64,000 bases of DNA from positions 1-64,000 of the forward strand of contig JBQTGV010000001.1 of the NCBI GenBank assembly GCA_052390515.1, given 5' to 3'. The DNA is from Candidatus Eiseniibacteriota bacterium. GTDB taxonomy: Bacteria; ARS69. The notes under the pieces were generated by a model, which saw only the letters and a program-made list of their open reading frames with translations, searched no databases and was not told where the DNA came from. Position 1 is the stretch's first letter. The number at the start of each line of letters is the position of its first letter. This document shows, in pieces, positions 1 to 8,244 of the stretch. The position numbers were made by a program, and so were the translations under genes.

Positions 1-2
1 CG

Positions 3-515
3 GCCGGCGCGCTCACGTCGCTCGCCGGCGTCGCGCTGGTCGGGTCGTCCTCGCTCTTCCACGCCGCCGACACCGAACCCGCGCGCGTGCTCGGCGACGC
101 GATTTTCGCCACGTCCGCGCTCACCTGGGCGATCTACACGGTGCTGGGCAGGCGTCTCGCGGCGAAGGTCCCGGCGGTCACGAGCATCCTGCTGTGCTCG
201 CTCCTCGGCTGCCTGCTGCTCGCGCCGTTTGCCTGGGCGAAGGACGGAGTGCCCGACCTCGCGCGCTGGTAGGGCACGGCGTGGCTCAACGTGCTCTACC
301 TGGGCTCCTTCGGCACGGCCATCGCCTTCGTCACCTACTACCTGGCGGTGCGCATCGGCGGACTCGGCAGGACGATGCCCGCGCTCGGACTCGTGCCGCT
401 CTTCGGCGTGATCGGCGCCGCGGTCCTGCTCGGCGAGCAGCTCACGCCGCTGCATGCAGCCGGTGGCGCGCTGGTCATCACCGGCATCTTCATTCCCGCG
501 ACGGCCGCGCGCTGA
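3..515 (+). pseudogene. DMT/EamA-family transporter, 5'-truncated by the window edge, with an in-frame TAG at 270-272
   Basis: One frame reads AGALTSLAGVALVG...LGDAIFATSALTWAIYTVLGRR...DLARW*GTAWLNVLYLGSFGTAIAFVTYY...LLGEQLTPLHAAGGALVITGI, a typical EamA second repeat. ORFs 87-272 and 291-515 share a frame and are separated only by the TAG. Confidence 0.75.
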
Positions 516-539
516 CGGAGACCGCGTGCGCGCGGCACG

Positions 540-1529
540 CTACCCGTACAGGTGCGCGACGAACTCCCCGTATCCGTTGTATAGCTTCGTCGGCACCATT
601 TCGCCCGTGTCGATCAGCCGCTCCATCTTCTGCGACCAACGCGGATGCGGCACCTCCGGATCGACGTTCGACGTGAAGGGGTACTCCTGCGGCTGGAGGT
701 CGCTCCAGAAGGTGCCCGGCTGCACCGCGGTGAAGCGGATCGACACCATCGCCTTGGCGCTCTTGTAGCCGTACTTCCACGGCACCACCATGCGCCACGG
801 CGCGCCGTTCTGCTTGGGAAGCTCGTGTCCGTAGATCCCCGTGGCGACGAAGGTCAGCTCGTTCATCGCCTCCGCCATCGTCAGCCCTTCGTAGTAGGGC
901 CACGGGTACCAGTGCTGGGTCTTCTGGCCGACGGCGTTCTCCGGATCGAGGAAGCTCACGAACGCGACGTGCGTCGCCGCGTTCTGCACCCCGACCTTCG
1001 CGGCAACTTTCGCGAAGGGGAAGCCGGCCCACGGCACGGCCATCGCCCAGCGCTCGACGCAGCGGTGGCGATAGGTGCGCTCCTCGATGCCGAGCTCCCG
1101 GATCAGCTCGTCCACGTCGTACGTGCCGGGCCGATCGCAGAGGCCCTCGACCCTCACCTGCCAGGGCCGCGTGCGGAAGGGCTCGGCCAGCCGCCACACC
1201 CGCTCCTTGTCCGTGGTGAACTCGTAGTAGTTGTTGTACGTGGCGGTCGGGCGTTCCTCGGTGAGCGCGCGGTCCAGCACGTACCTCGGGTTGCGCGCGG
1301 GTGGATAGAGCGCCGGGTTGGGGTTGCCGGTAGGGATACCGACGGGCTTCCACTCGGCGTCCCCCTGAGCACCCGCGTTGCCGGGGCTGCAGCCGGCCAC
1401 CCCGGCCAGTGCGCCGACACCTGCCAACCCGAGCGCCTTCAGGATCTCGCGGCGGTTCAGCCAGACCGACTCGGGCGTGAGCAGGCTCTCCCGAATCTCC
1501 CAGCCCCTCGCGATGCGGATGTTCGCCAT
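540..1529 (-). CDS. msrP: Protein-methionine-sulfoxide reductase catalytic subunit (molybdopterin, Tat-exported)
   Basis: TPESVWLNRREILK Tat signal, TYNNYYEF, YRHRCVERW, LPKQNGAPWRMVVPWKYGYKSAK, NVDPEVPHPRWSQ, LYNGYG. GAGGAG RBS precedes the ATG at 1529. Confidence 0.95.
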   Translation of the reverse strand: MANIRIARGWEIRESLLTPESVWLNRREILKALGLAGVGALAGVAGCSPGNAGAQGDAEWKPVGIPTGNPNPALYPPARNPRYVLDRALTEERPTATYNNYYEFTTDKERVWRLAEPFRTRPWQVRVEGLCDRPGTYDVDELIRELGIEERTYRHRCVERWAMAVPWAGFPFAKVAAKVGVQNAATHVAFVSFLDPENAVGQKTQHWYPWPYYEGLTMAEAMNELTFVATGIYGHELPKQNGAPWRMVVPWKYGYKSAKAMVSIRFTAVQPGTFWSDLQPQEYPFTSNVDPEVPHPRWSQKMERLIDTGEMVPTKLYNGYGEFVAHLYG

Positions 1530-1540
1530 CGTCTCTCCTC

Positions 1541-2635
1541 TCAGGCGACGCGCCCGCGCGCCGCGATGCTCCAGACGTCCTCGACCCTCTCGCCGCGGAC
1601 GGCGATCAGCCGCTCGTGGAGGTTCACCGCGACGCAGGCATGGTTCGGGACGATGCGCACGCGGCTCCCGATGCGAAGATCGGCGGCGCCGGCGGCATCC
1701 TCGATGGCGCCGTGCTCCTCCCACACGCGCTCGACGCGAAGCTCCGGCCTGCCGGCTACCTGCCCGAAGCCTTCGGCACCACCACGTGCCCGATCCGAGC
1801 TCAACGTCTTGGAGCCCGCGTCGACCACGATCCGCCGCGGAGACGGCCGCGCCACGATCGTCGCCAGCACGGTCAGCGCACAGCGTTCCTCGGGGACGAC
1901 GCCGAGCCCCACCTGGGTACGGTCGTGGAACACGTAGTTCCCGGGGCGGATCTCCGTGACGCCGGGCACGCGCGCGGAGTGCCGCACCGTCGGGGTCGAG
2001 CCCACGCTCACGACCGGGCAGTCGATGCCGGCGCTCCGGATCTCCTCCGCGGTCCCGACCAGGCGCTCGCCCTCGGTGCGGCCGGCGGCGGCGACGGCCT
2101 CGGGCGAAGCGGCCTCGTACGCGTGCCCCGCGTGGGTCATCACGCCGAGAAGGCGGAGACCCGGTCGCCTCGCGATGCCCCGGGCCAGCTCCACGGCAGC
2201 CGGTCCGGGAGCCACTCCCGTTCGCCCCATTCCCGAGTCCACTTCGAGCAGGACCGGGACCCACGTTCCGGCGCGCCGGGCGCCCTCGTCCCAGCGCGCA
2301 GCGCCTTCCGCCGATTCTATGAGCACGGCGACCGCCGCGTCACGCGCCCGGGCGATGATCCGCCCGATCTTCGCCGGATCGACGACCGGCGTGGCGATGA
2401 GCAGGTCGGTGAACCCAGCGTCGAGGAACGCCTCCGCTTCCGTGGGCTTCGCCACCGTCCCGCCGACGGCGCCTGCCGCGATCTGCCGCCTCGCGATCTC
2501 GGGGCACTTGTGTGTCTTCCAGTGCGGGCGGAGCGCGACGCCCGCGCTCCGGGCGAGATCGGCCATGTCTCGGAGATTCCGCTCCAGCACGTCGAGATCG
2601 ACGAGCACGGCCGGCGTCTCGAGCTCCGAAAGCAT
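1541..2635 (-). CDS. Fold-type III PLP enzyme, D-threonine aldolase / D-serine dehydratase (DSD1)-like
   Basis: LETPAVLVDLD, LRPHWKTHK (PLP Lys), EVDSGMGRTG, SVGSTPT, EIRPGNYVFHD, EEHG, PNHAC. Confidence 0.88.
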   Translation of the reverse strand: MLSELETPAVLVDLDVLERNLRDMADLARSAGVALRPHWKTHKCPEIARRQIAAGAVGGTVAKPTEAEAFLDAGFTDLLIATPVVDPAKIGRIIARARDAAVAVLIESAEGAARWDEGARRAGTWVPVLLEVDSGMGRTGVAPGPAAVELARGIARRPGLRLLGVMTHAGHAYEAASPEAVAAAGRTEGERLVGTAEEIRSAGIDCPVVSVGSTPTVRHSARVPGVTEIRPGNYVFHDRTQVGLGVVPEERCALTVLATIVARPSPRRIVVDAGSKTLSSDRARGGAEGFGQVAGRPELRVERVWEEHGAIEDAAGAADLRIGSRVRIVPNHACVAVNLHERLIAVRGERVEDVWSIAARGRVA

Positions 2636-2641
2636 CCGTGA

Positions 2642-4621
2642 TCACCGCGCGCCGGCGCCGGCGGTCAGCACGTCGAAGGTCTCCCGGCCGTGCCGCTGCA
2701 CCGCGGGCACGATGCCGCCCGCCGACTGGATCGTGAGCGCGATCTCCGACGACGCCTCCGTGCGGTACTCCCGGCCGTCGAGCTCCACGATTCCCTCGGC
2801 GGCGCGGATGCGCACCGGCATCCCGTCCCGGACGCGCGCGTGGAACTCGGGATCGGTGACGACGAAGTGCGGCACGGCCTCGTTGACGAGGTTGCGGCGA
2901 TGGATGAAAGCGAACGACTTGGCGAGGACGGCCGCGACGCCCGCATACTTGAGGGCCCACACCGCGTGCTCACGGGAGCTGCCCGAGCCCCAGCCCTCGC
3001 CGGCGACAAGGATGCGCTCCCCGCGTGCGAGACGTTCGCCGAAGTCGGGGCGAACGTGGTGGAATGCGACCTTGCCGATCTCCTCCGGCGCCGTCAGGTG
3101 GCAAAACTCCCCCGGGATCATCGCGTCGGTGTCGACGTGGTCGCCGAATAGCTGCGCCTTCGCGGCGATCACCGGGCCGGCCGCGCGCGCGGCAGTCTCG
3201 CCGGCGGCGCCCGCGAAGGACGCCTCGACGACGGGCTCCGGTTCGGTGACGTGGACGGACGCCGGCGCCGGCCGCTCCAGGTAGCGCGCGAACTCGTCGC
3301 GGGAGATGCGCGCCAGGATCTGCCGCGGGTCGGTCACGACCAGGTCCAGCGAGCTGGCCGCCACGGTCGTGGCCGACGCCAGCCACGCGATCGAGCCCGG
3401 CCCCATGCGGTTCTCGAAGTTCCGGTTCTGGCTGGTGAGCCAGTTCTCCCCGGGACCGGCCTTGTCGGAGGCGATGCCCAGACACATCGAGCAGCCCGGA
3501 GGCCCGATGCGGAAGCCGGCCTCGTCGTACACGGCGAGCAGTCCCTTCCTCTCCAGGCTCGCGCGGACTTCCAGGGAGCCGGGCACGACGAGCCGGTTCG
3601 GGGAGGGCGCCGGCTTCCGACCGCCCCGCATGGACTCGCGCAGCACGAGCGCGGCGAGTACGAGCTCCTCCTCGGTCGTGGTGCACGCCCCGATGAACAT
3701 GCCGTCCATCTTCTTGCCGGCCACCTCGTCCACAGGAAACACGTTGTCCGGAGAGAACGGCTTCGCCACGTACGGCACCATCTTCGCCAGATCGAACGTG
3801 TGGCGATGCACGTACTCCGCATCGTCGTCGGCACGGAAGTACAGCGCGGCGTCGTTGCAGCCCCGGCGGCGCGCCAGCAGCTCCGCGGTGCGCTCGTCGG
3901 CGGGGAAGATGCCGTTCAGCCCGCCGAACTCCGCGGTCATGTTCGCCACGGTGAAGCGGAAGTCGGTGGAGAAGTCCTTCAGGGAGTCCCCGACGTACTC
4001 GACGCTGCGCTCCATCGCCACGGTGTTCCGGCCGAGATCGCCGAGCGTCTTCAAGATGACGTCCTTGCCGGTCATGCCGAAGGGCAGCTTGCCATTGTAG
4101 ACGACCTGGATGGCCTCGGGCACCTGGATCCACGTTTCGCCGAGCACCATGGCGATGCAGACGTCGGCGCCGCCGAGGCCGATGGCGAAGGCTCCGAGCC
4201 CGCCGTGGCTCGACGTGTGCGAGTCCGCCCCGATCACCGTCTGCCCGGGCTGCACGAGGTCTCGGTAGAACTTGGTGTGCATGATCGTCTCGTTGGCGTC
4301 GTAGAAGTGCGGGAGCCGCTTCTCGGCGGCGAAGTCCCTGCTGAGCTTCACGAGGCGCTGCGTACGCGCGTCGTTCGCCAGCGTCCCGGGGTCCACCGTG
4401 TGGTCGAGCGCCAGGTAGAACCGCTCGCGGCTGGCCAGCTCGGGCCGGCCGAGCTTCTCGTACGTGGCGTTCATGCCGTTCCAGGCCAGCTCGGACGCTA
4501 TCGTCCAGTCCGCCTTGATGCGCACGATCTCGCCGGTCACCACCCAGGGTCGACGGAGACCGACGGCGTGGTGGCAGAGGATCTTCTGGGTGAGCGTCAT
4601 GGGTCTGCGGTCACGGATCAT
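2642..4621 (-). CDS. Aconitase-family hydro-lyase with fused large (LeuC/HacA-like) and small (LeuD/HacB-like) domains
   Basis: MTLTQKIL, DHTVD, GADSHT, FIGACTT and PGCSMCLG (three Fe-S cysteines), TSQNRNFENRMG; C-terminal DTDAMIP, GSGSSREHA, SFAFIHRRNLVN. Alternative start at 4600. Confidence 0.9.
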   Translation of the reverse strand: MIRDRRPMTLTQKILCHHAVGLRRPWVVTGEIVRIKADWTIASELAWNGMNATYEKLGRPELASRERFYLALDHTVDPGTLANDARTQRLVKLSRDFAAEKRLPHFYDANETIMHTKFYRDLVQPGQTVIGADSHTSSHGGLGAFAIGLGGADVCIAMVLGETWIQVPEAIQVVYNGKLPFGMTGKDVILKTLGDLGRNTVAMERSVEYVGDSLKDFSTDFRFTVANMTAEFGGLNGIFPADERTAELLARRRGCNDAALYFRADDDAEYVHRHTFDLAKMVPYVAKPFSPDNVFPVDEVAGKKMDGMFIGACTTTEEELVLAALVLRESMRGGRKPAPSPNRLVVPGSLEVRASLERKGLLAVYDEAGFRIGPPGCSMCLGIASDKAGPGENWLTSQNRNFENRMGPGSIAWLASATTVAASSLDLVVTDPRQILARISRDEFARYLERPAPASVHVTEPEPVVEASFAGAAGETAARAAGPVIAAKAQLFGDHVDTDAMIPGEFCHLTAPEEIGKVAFHHVRPDFGERLARGERILVAGEGWGSGSSREHAVWALKYAGVAAVLAKSFAFIHRRNLVNEAVPHFVVTDPEFHARVRDGMPVRIRAAEGIVELDGREYRTEASSEIALTIQSAGGIVPAVQRHGRETFDVLTAGAGAR

Positions 4622-4677
4622 GACCGCATTGTACCCTGCTCCCGCGAAAACGTGCAAAATGGGCCGTGGAGGTGCGG

Positions 4678-5838
4678 ATGAAGCGCCCGGTCTATCTCGA
4701 TGCCCACGCCACGACCCCCGTCGACCCGCGTGTGCTCGCGGCGATGCTGCCCTGCTTCACCGAGGACTTCGGCAATGCGGCGAGCCGCACCCACGCGTAC
4801 GGCTGGCGCGCGGAGGAGGCCGTCGACCGCGCCCGCGAGCAGGCCGCGGCGCTGCTCGGTGCATCGCCGAAGGAGATCGTGTGGACGTCGGGGGCCACCG
4901 AGTCCAACAACCTGGCGCTCCTCGGAGCGATGGGAGCCTTGCGGGAGCGCGGCGATCACCTGATCACCTGCGTCACCGAGCATCCCTCAGTTCTCGACCC
5001 GGCCCGCGAGCTCGAGCGCCGCGGCTTCCGCGTGACGCGGCTGCCGGTCGACGCGACCGGCCTGCTCGATCTCGACGCGCTCAGGGAAGCGCTCGACGAG
5101 CGCACCTTGCTCGTCTCCGTGATGACGGCGAACAACGAGATCGGCACGATCCAGCCGGTCGCGGAAGCGGCGAAAGTCGTGCACGAGAGCTCGCCCGCGC
5201 TCTTCCACACCGACGCCGCGCAGGCGGCCGGGAAGCTCCCGATCGACGTCGAGCGCGACGGGATCGACCTGCTCTCCCTCGCCGCGCACAAGATCCATGG
5301 GCCGAAGGGCGTCGGTGCGCTGTACGTCCGGCGCCGGCGCCCGAGCGTGCGCCTCGAGCCCGTGCTTTTCGGCGGCGGGCACGAGCGCGGGCTTCGCTCG
5401 GGCACGCTGAACGTGCCGGGGATCGTCGGGCTCGGCGCCGCACTCGAGATCGCGGCGAAGGACATGCGGGCTGATGGCGAACGCCTTCGCCGCCTCCGCG
5501 ACCGACTGCACCGCGCCATCGAGGCGGAGCTCGACGGCGTTCGCCTCAACGGACACCCGGAGCGCCGCCTGCCCAACAACCTGAACCTCTCCTTCGACGG
5601 GGTCGAGGCCGAGGCGCTGCTGAACGAGATCCCGAGTCTCGCCGTGTCGACGGGTGCCGCGTGCTCCTCGGCCAGCCCCGAGCCGAGCCACGTGATCCAG
5701 GCACTCGGCTTCCCCGACTCGCGCGCACAGTCGTCCATCCGCTTCGGTCTGCACCGCTTCACGACGGAGGACGACGTGGACTTCGCCGCCGCGGAGATGG
5801 TGCGGGCGGTGCGGAAGCTGCGCGCCGCGGCAGCCTAG
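4678..5838 (+). CDS. iscS: Cysteine desulfurase
   Basis: VYLDAHATTP, FGNAASRTH, TSGATESNN, NNEIGTIQP, HTDAAQA, AHKIHGPKG, GGGHERGLRSGT, STGAACSS. GGAGG RBS. Confidence 0.95.
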   Translation: MKRPVYLDAHATTPVDPRVLAAMLPCFTEDFGNAASRTHAYGWRAEEAVDRAREQAAALLGASPKEIVWTSGATESNNLALLGAMGALRERGDHLITCVTEHPSVLDPARELERRGFRVTRLPVDATGLLDLDALREALDERTLLVSVMTANNEIGTIQPVAEAAKVVHESSPALFHTDAAQAAGKLPIDVERDGIDLLSLAAHKIHGPKGVGALYVRRRRPSVRLEPVLFGGGHERGLRSGTLNVPGIVGLGAALEIAAKDMRADGERLRRLRDRLHRAIEAELDGVRLNGHPERRLPNNLNLSFDGVEAEALLNEIPSLAVSTGAACSSASPEPSHVIQALGFPDSRAQSSIRFGLHRFTTEDDVDFAAAEMVRAVRKLRAAAA

Positions 5839-5895
5839 GAATCCCTCCCGAGAAGGAAGGATCATGACGGCCTCGCTCGAGTTCGCTCGCCATCC

Positions 5896-8163
5896 GTGGC
5901 TCCCGTGCTGACGCGGCGCTTCGCGTGGGTGCTCGCCGCGGTGGCGGGCACGTCCTGGCTCGCGCGGGAGGTGCAGCACCAGCGCGTGGCGCTTTCCGGG
6001 CACGAGAGCTGGGTGACGACCGATGCCGACACTCTCTACCACCTGCGCCGAACGGAGCGCGTGCTCCGCGAGGGGCTGCCGGTGGCGGAGACGGACTCGT
6101 ACCTGAACCATCCGCAGGGCTCGGCCGTCCCCTGGCCGCCGTACTACACGCTGATCACCGCCGCGGCCGCCGCGCCCTTCGCTCCGGACGATCCCGGCGG
6201 GCGCCGCGCCCACGTCGAGCGGACGGTCGCCTCCCTGCCGCTCGTCTTCGGTGTGGTCACCACGCTGCTGGCCACGTTCGCCGCGCGGGCTCTGGCCGGC
6301 GACGTCGCGGGACTCATCGCGGGCGGGATCCATGCGCTCTCCCAGGGATCGATCGCCTACAGCAAGGGCGGGAACGGCGATCACCACGCCTGGATCACGA
6401 TGCTGCAGGCAGCGCTGCTGCTGGGTCTCTCGTCCGCGCTCGCGCGGCGGGCGCTCTCTCCGCGCCAGGGGTGGACGCGCGGGGCGGCGCTCGGCGCCAT
6501 CGCCGGCGTGATGCTCGGGTCGTGGATCGCGTCCCTCCTTTATGTGGCGCCGCTGCAGCTGGTGCTCGCGTGGCGGGCGGTTCGCCACGCGCGTCGGCCG
6601 GAGCCCGGGGTGCCCGCGCTGGCCTTCGCCTTTCATGCCGCGGCGCTCCTCGTGCTGCTCCCCGCCGCGACGTCGAGTCCGTGGAACGAAGCGAACCCCT
6701 GGATGGTCGTGAACCTCTCCTGGTTCCACGCGGCGTGGCTCGGGGCCGGGGCTGCCGCCTTCGCCCCGTTGCTCTTCCTGGGCGAAGGCCGCGCGCTGCG
6801 TTCGTATCCCGCCGTGGCGGCGCTCGCCGGGGCCGCTCTCGCCGGCGTACTCGTGGCGGCCGACACCGCGCCGGTCGCCGCAGTCCGCGAGGGATTCGCC
6901 TGGATGAGCCGCGAGGAGGACTTCATGGCGAGCGTGTGGGAGTCGCGCGGGCTTCTCGGCGAAGGCGCGGCGTTCGATCCCATTGGCGTGCTCGGCGCCG
7001 GCATCATCGCCCTCCCCTTCGCCTGGGCCGCCATGGCGTGGCTCGCGTTCCGCCGCGACCGCTTCGCGCTGCTTCCCTGGGCGGTCGTCGCGCCGCTGCT
7101 CGCCGTGGAAGCCGCACGGCAGGTGCGCTTCGCCGACGCGCTGGCCATGCCGCTGGCCGTGGTCGTGGCATGGGGGCTCGTGACGGCGACGCGCGCGCGA
7201 GTCGTGCGCACCCGTGTTCCCCGCACCCTGGCGAAGAGCCCAGCGGCCGCGTGGGCCGCGGCGGCACTCGCCACCATCCTGCTGCAGTGGACGACCGCCT
7301 CGGCGACGCTCGGCCGCACGCTGTCGGGAGACAGGGGCAACCCCGCGCACCCCAACGACGTCGCCATGCGCGAAATGTGCGAGTGGCTGCGGCGCTCTTC
7401 GAGCCCCGGAGACGCGGTGCTCGCCGACTGGAACCACGGGCACGTGATCGAGTGGGCCGCGGACCGTCCGACCGTCGCGACGAACTTCGGCACCTACGTC
7501 GGCGAGGACAGCTTCCGCGATCCGTCGCGATTCTTCCTGGAGGAGGACGCGGATGCCGCGGAGAAGCTGCTCGGCGCGCGCGGCGCGCGCTACGTGATGC
7601 TGACGAGCTGGCTTCCGGGAACGGTCCGCCACATGGTGCGGACCGCGGCGTCGGAGCGCGAGGCACGTTACCTCGAGCCGTCGCGCGAGGACGAGGCGAA
7701 GCTCCGCTTCGAGTGGTTCCGCACGATGGGCGCGCGCCTCATGGTCGACGGCGCAGTGATCACCCCGGACCGGGGGCCGGTCGGGTCACTCGACTTCCTG
7801 CGGCTCGTGCACGTCTCGCCACGCCGCGATCCGCGGCCCAATCCGCGCGGCGAGCCGAGCCCGGCGGGCTGGATCTGGGAGCATGTGCCGGGCGCCGTGA
7901 TCGAGTCGGCGGGTCTCCCCGGCGAAGAGCTTCGCGTCCGCGTGATCGTCCGGTTCGAGGCGGCGCGGTACGAGACGCAGTGGGAGACGGCCGCACGTTG
8001 CGGCGCGGACGGGCTCGCGCGGGTGCGGATCCCGTGGGCCACGGACGTTCCCAACGGGGATGCGAAGGCGCACAACGCGTCCTGGAGCCTCGGCGGCCGC
8101 GGCGGGCCGCTGACCGTCCCGCAGGCCGCGGTGAGCGCGGGCTCCCTGCTCCGGATCGGCTGA
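5896..8163 (+). CDS. STT3/AglB/PglB-like oligosaccharyltransferase (GT-C)
   Basis: DADTLYHLRR, WPPYY, DHH, SVWE, QVRF, many TM segments, then soluble DWNHGHVI...RPTVATNFG matching the WWDYGHWI...RPxVANxF region. Confidence 0.8.
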   Translation: MAPVLTRRFAWVLAAVAGTSWLAREVQHQRVALSGHESWVTTDADTLYHLRRTERVLREGLPVAETDSYLNHPQGSAVPWPPYYTLITAAAAAPFAPDDPGGRRAHVERTVASLPLVFGVVTTLLATFAARALAGDVAGLIAGGIHALSQGSIAYSKGGNGDHHAWITMLQAALLLGLSSALARRALSPRQGWTRGAALGAIAGVMLGSWIASLLYVAPLQLVLAWRAVRHARRPEPGVPALAFAFHAAALLVLLPAATSSPWNEANPWMVVNLSWFHAAWLGAGAAAFAPLLFLGEGRALRSYPAVAALAGAALAGVLVAADTAPVAAVREGFAWMSREEDFMASVWESRGLLGEGAAFDPIGVLGAGIIALPFAWAAMAWLAFRRDRFALLPWAVVAPLLAVEAARQVRFADALAMPLAVVVAWGLVTATRARVVRTRVPRTLAKSPAAAWAAAALATILLQWTTASATLGRTLSGDRGNPAHPNDVAMREMCEWLRRSSSPGDAVLADWNHGHVIEWAADRPTVATNFGTYVGEDSFRDPSRFFLEEDADAAEKLLGARGARYVMLTSWLPGTVRHMVRTAASEREARYLEPSREDEAKLRFEWFRTMGARLMVDGAVITPDRGPVGSLDFLRLVHVSPRRDPRPNPRGEPSPAGWIWEHVPGAVIESAGLPGEELRVRVIVRFEAARYETQWETAARCGADGLARVRIPWATDVPNGDAKAHNASWSLGGRGGPLTVPQAAVSAGSLLRIG

Positions 8164-8244
8164 GCCGATCCGCTATCACCCGGCCGGCCGCTTGCGCTAG
8201 GATGGACCTCCCGCCCTCCTCAGCCTCCACGCGACCTGGAGGTC

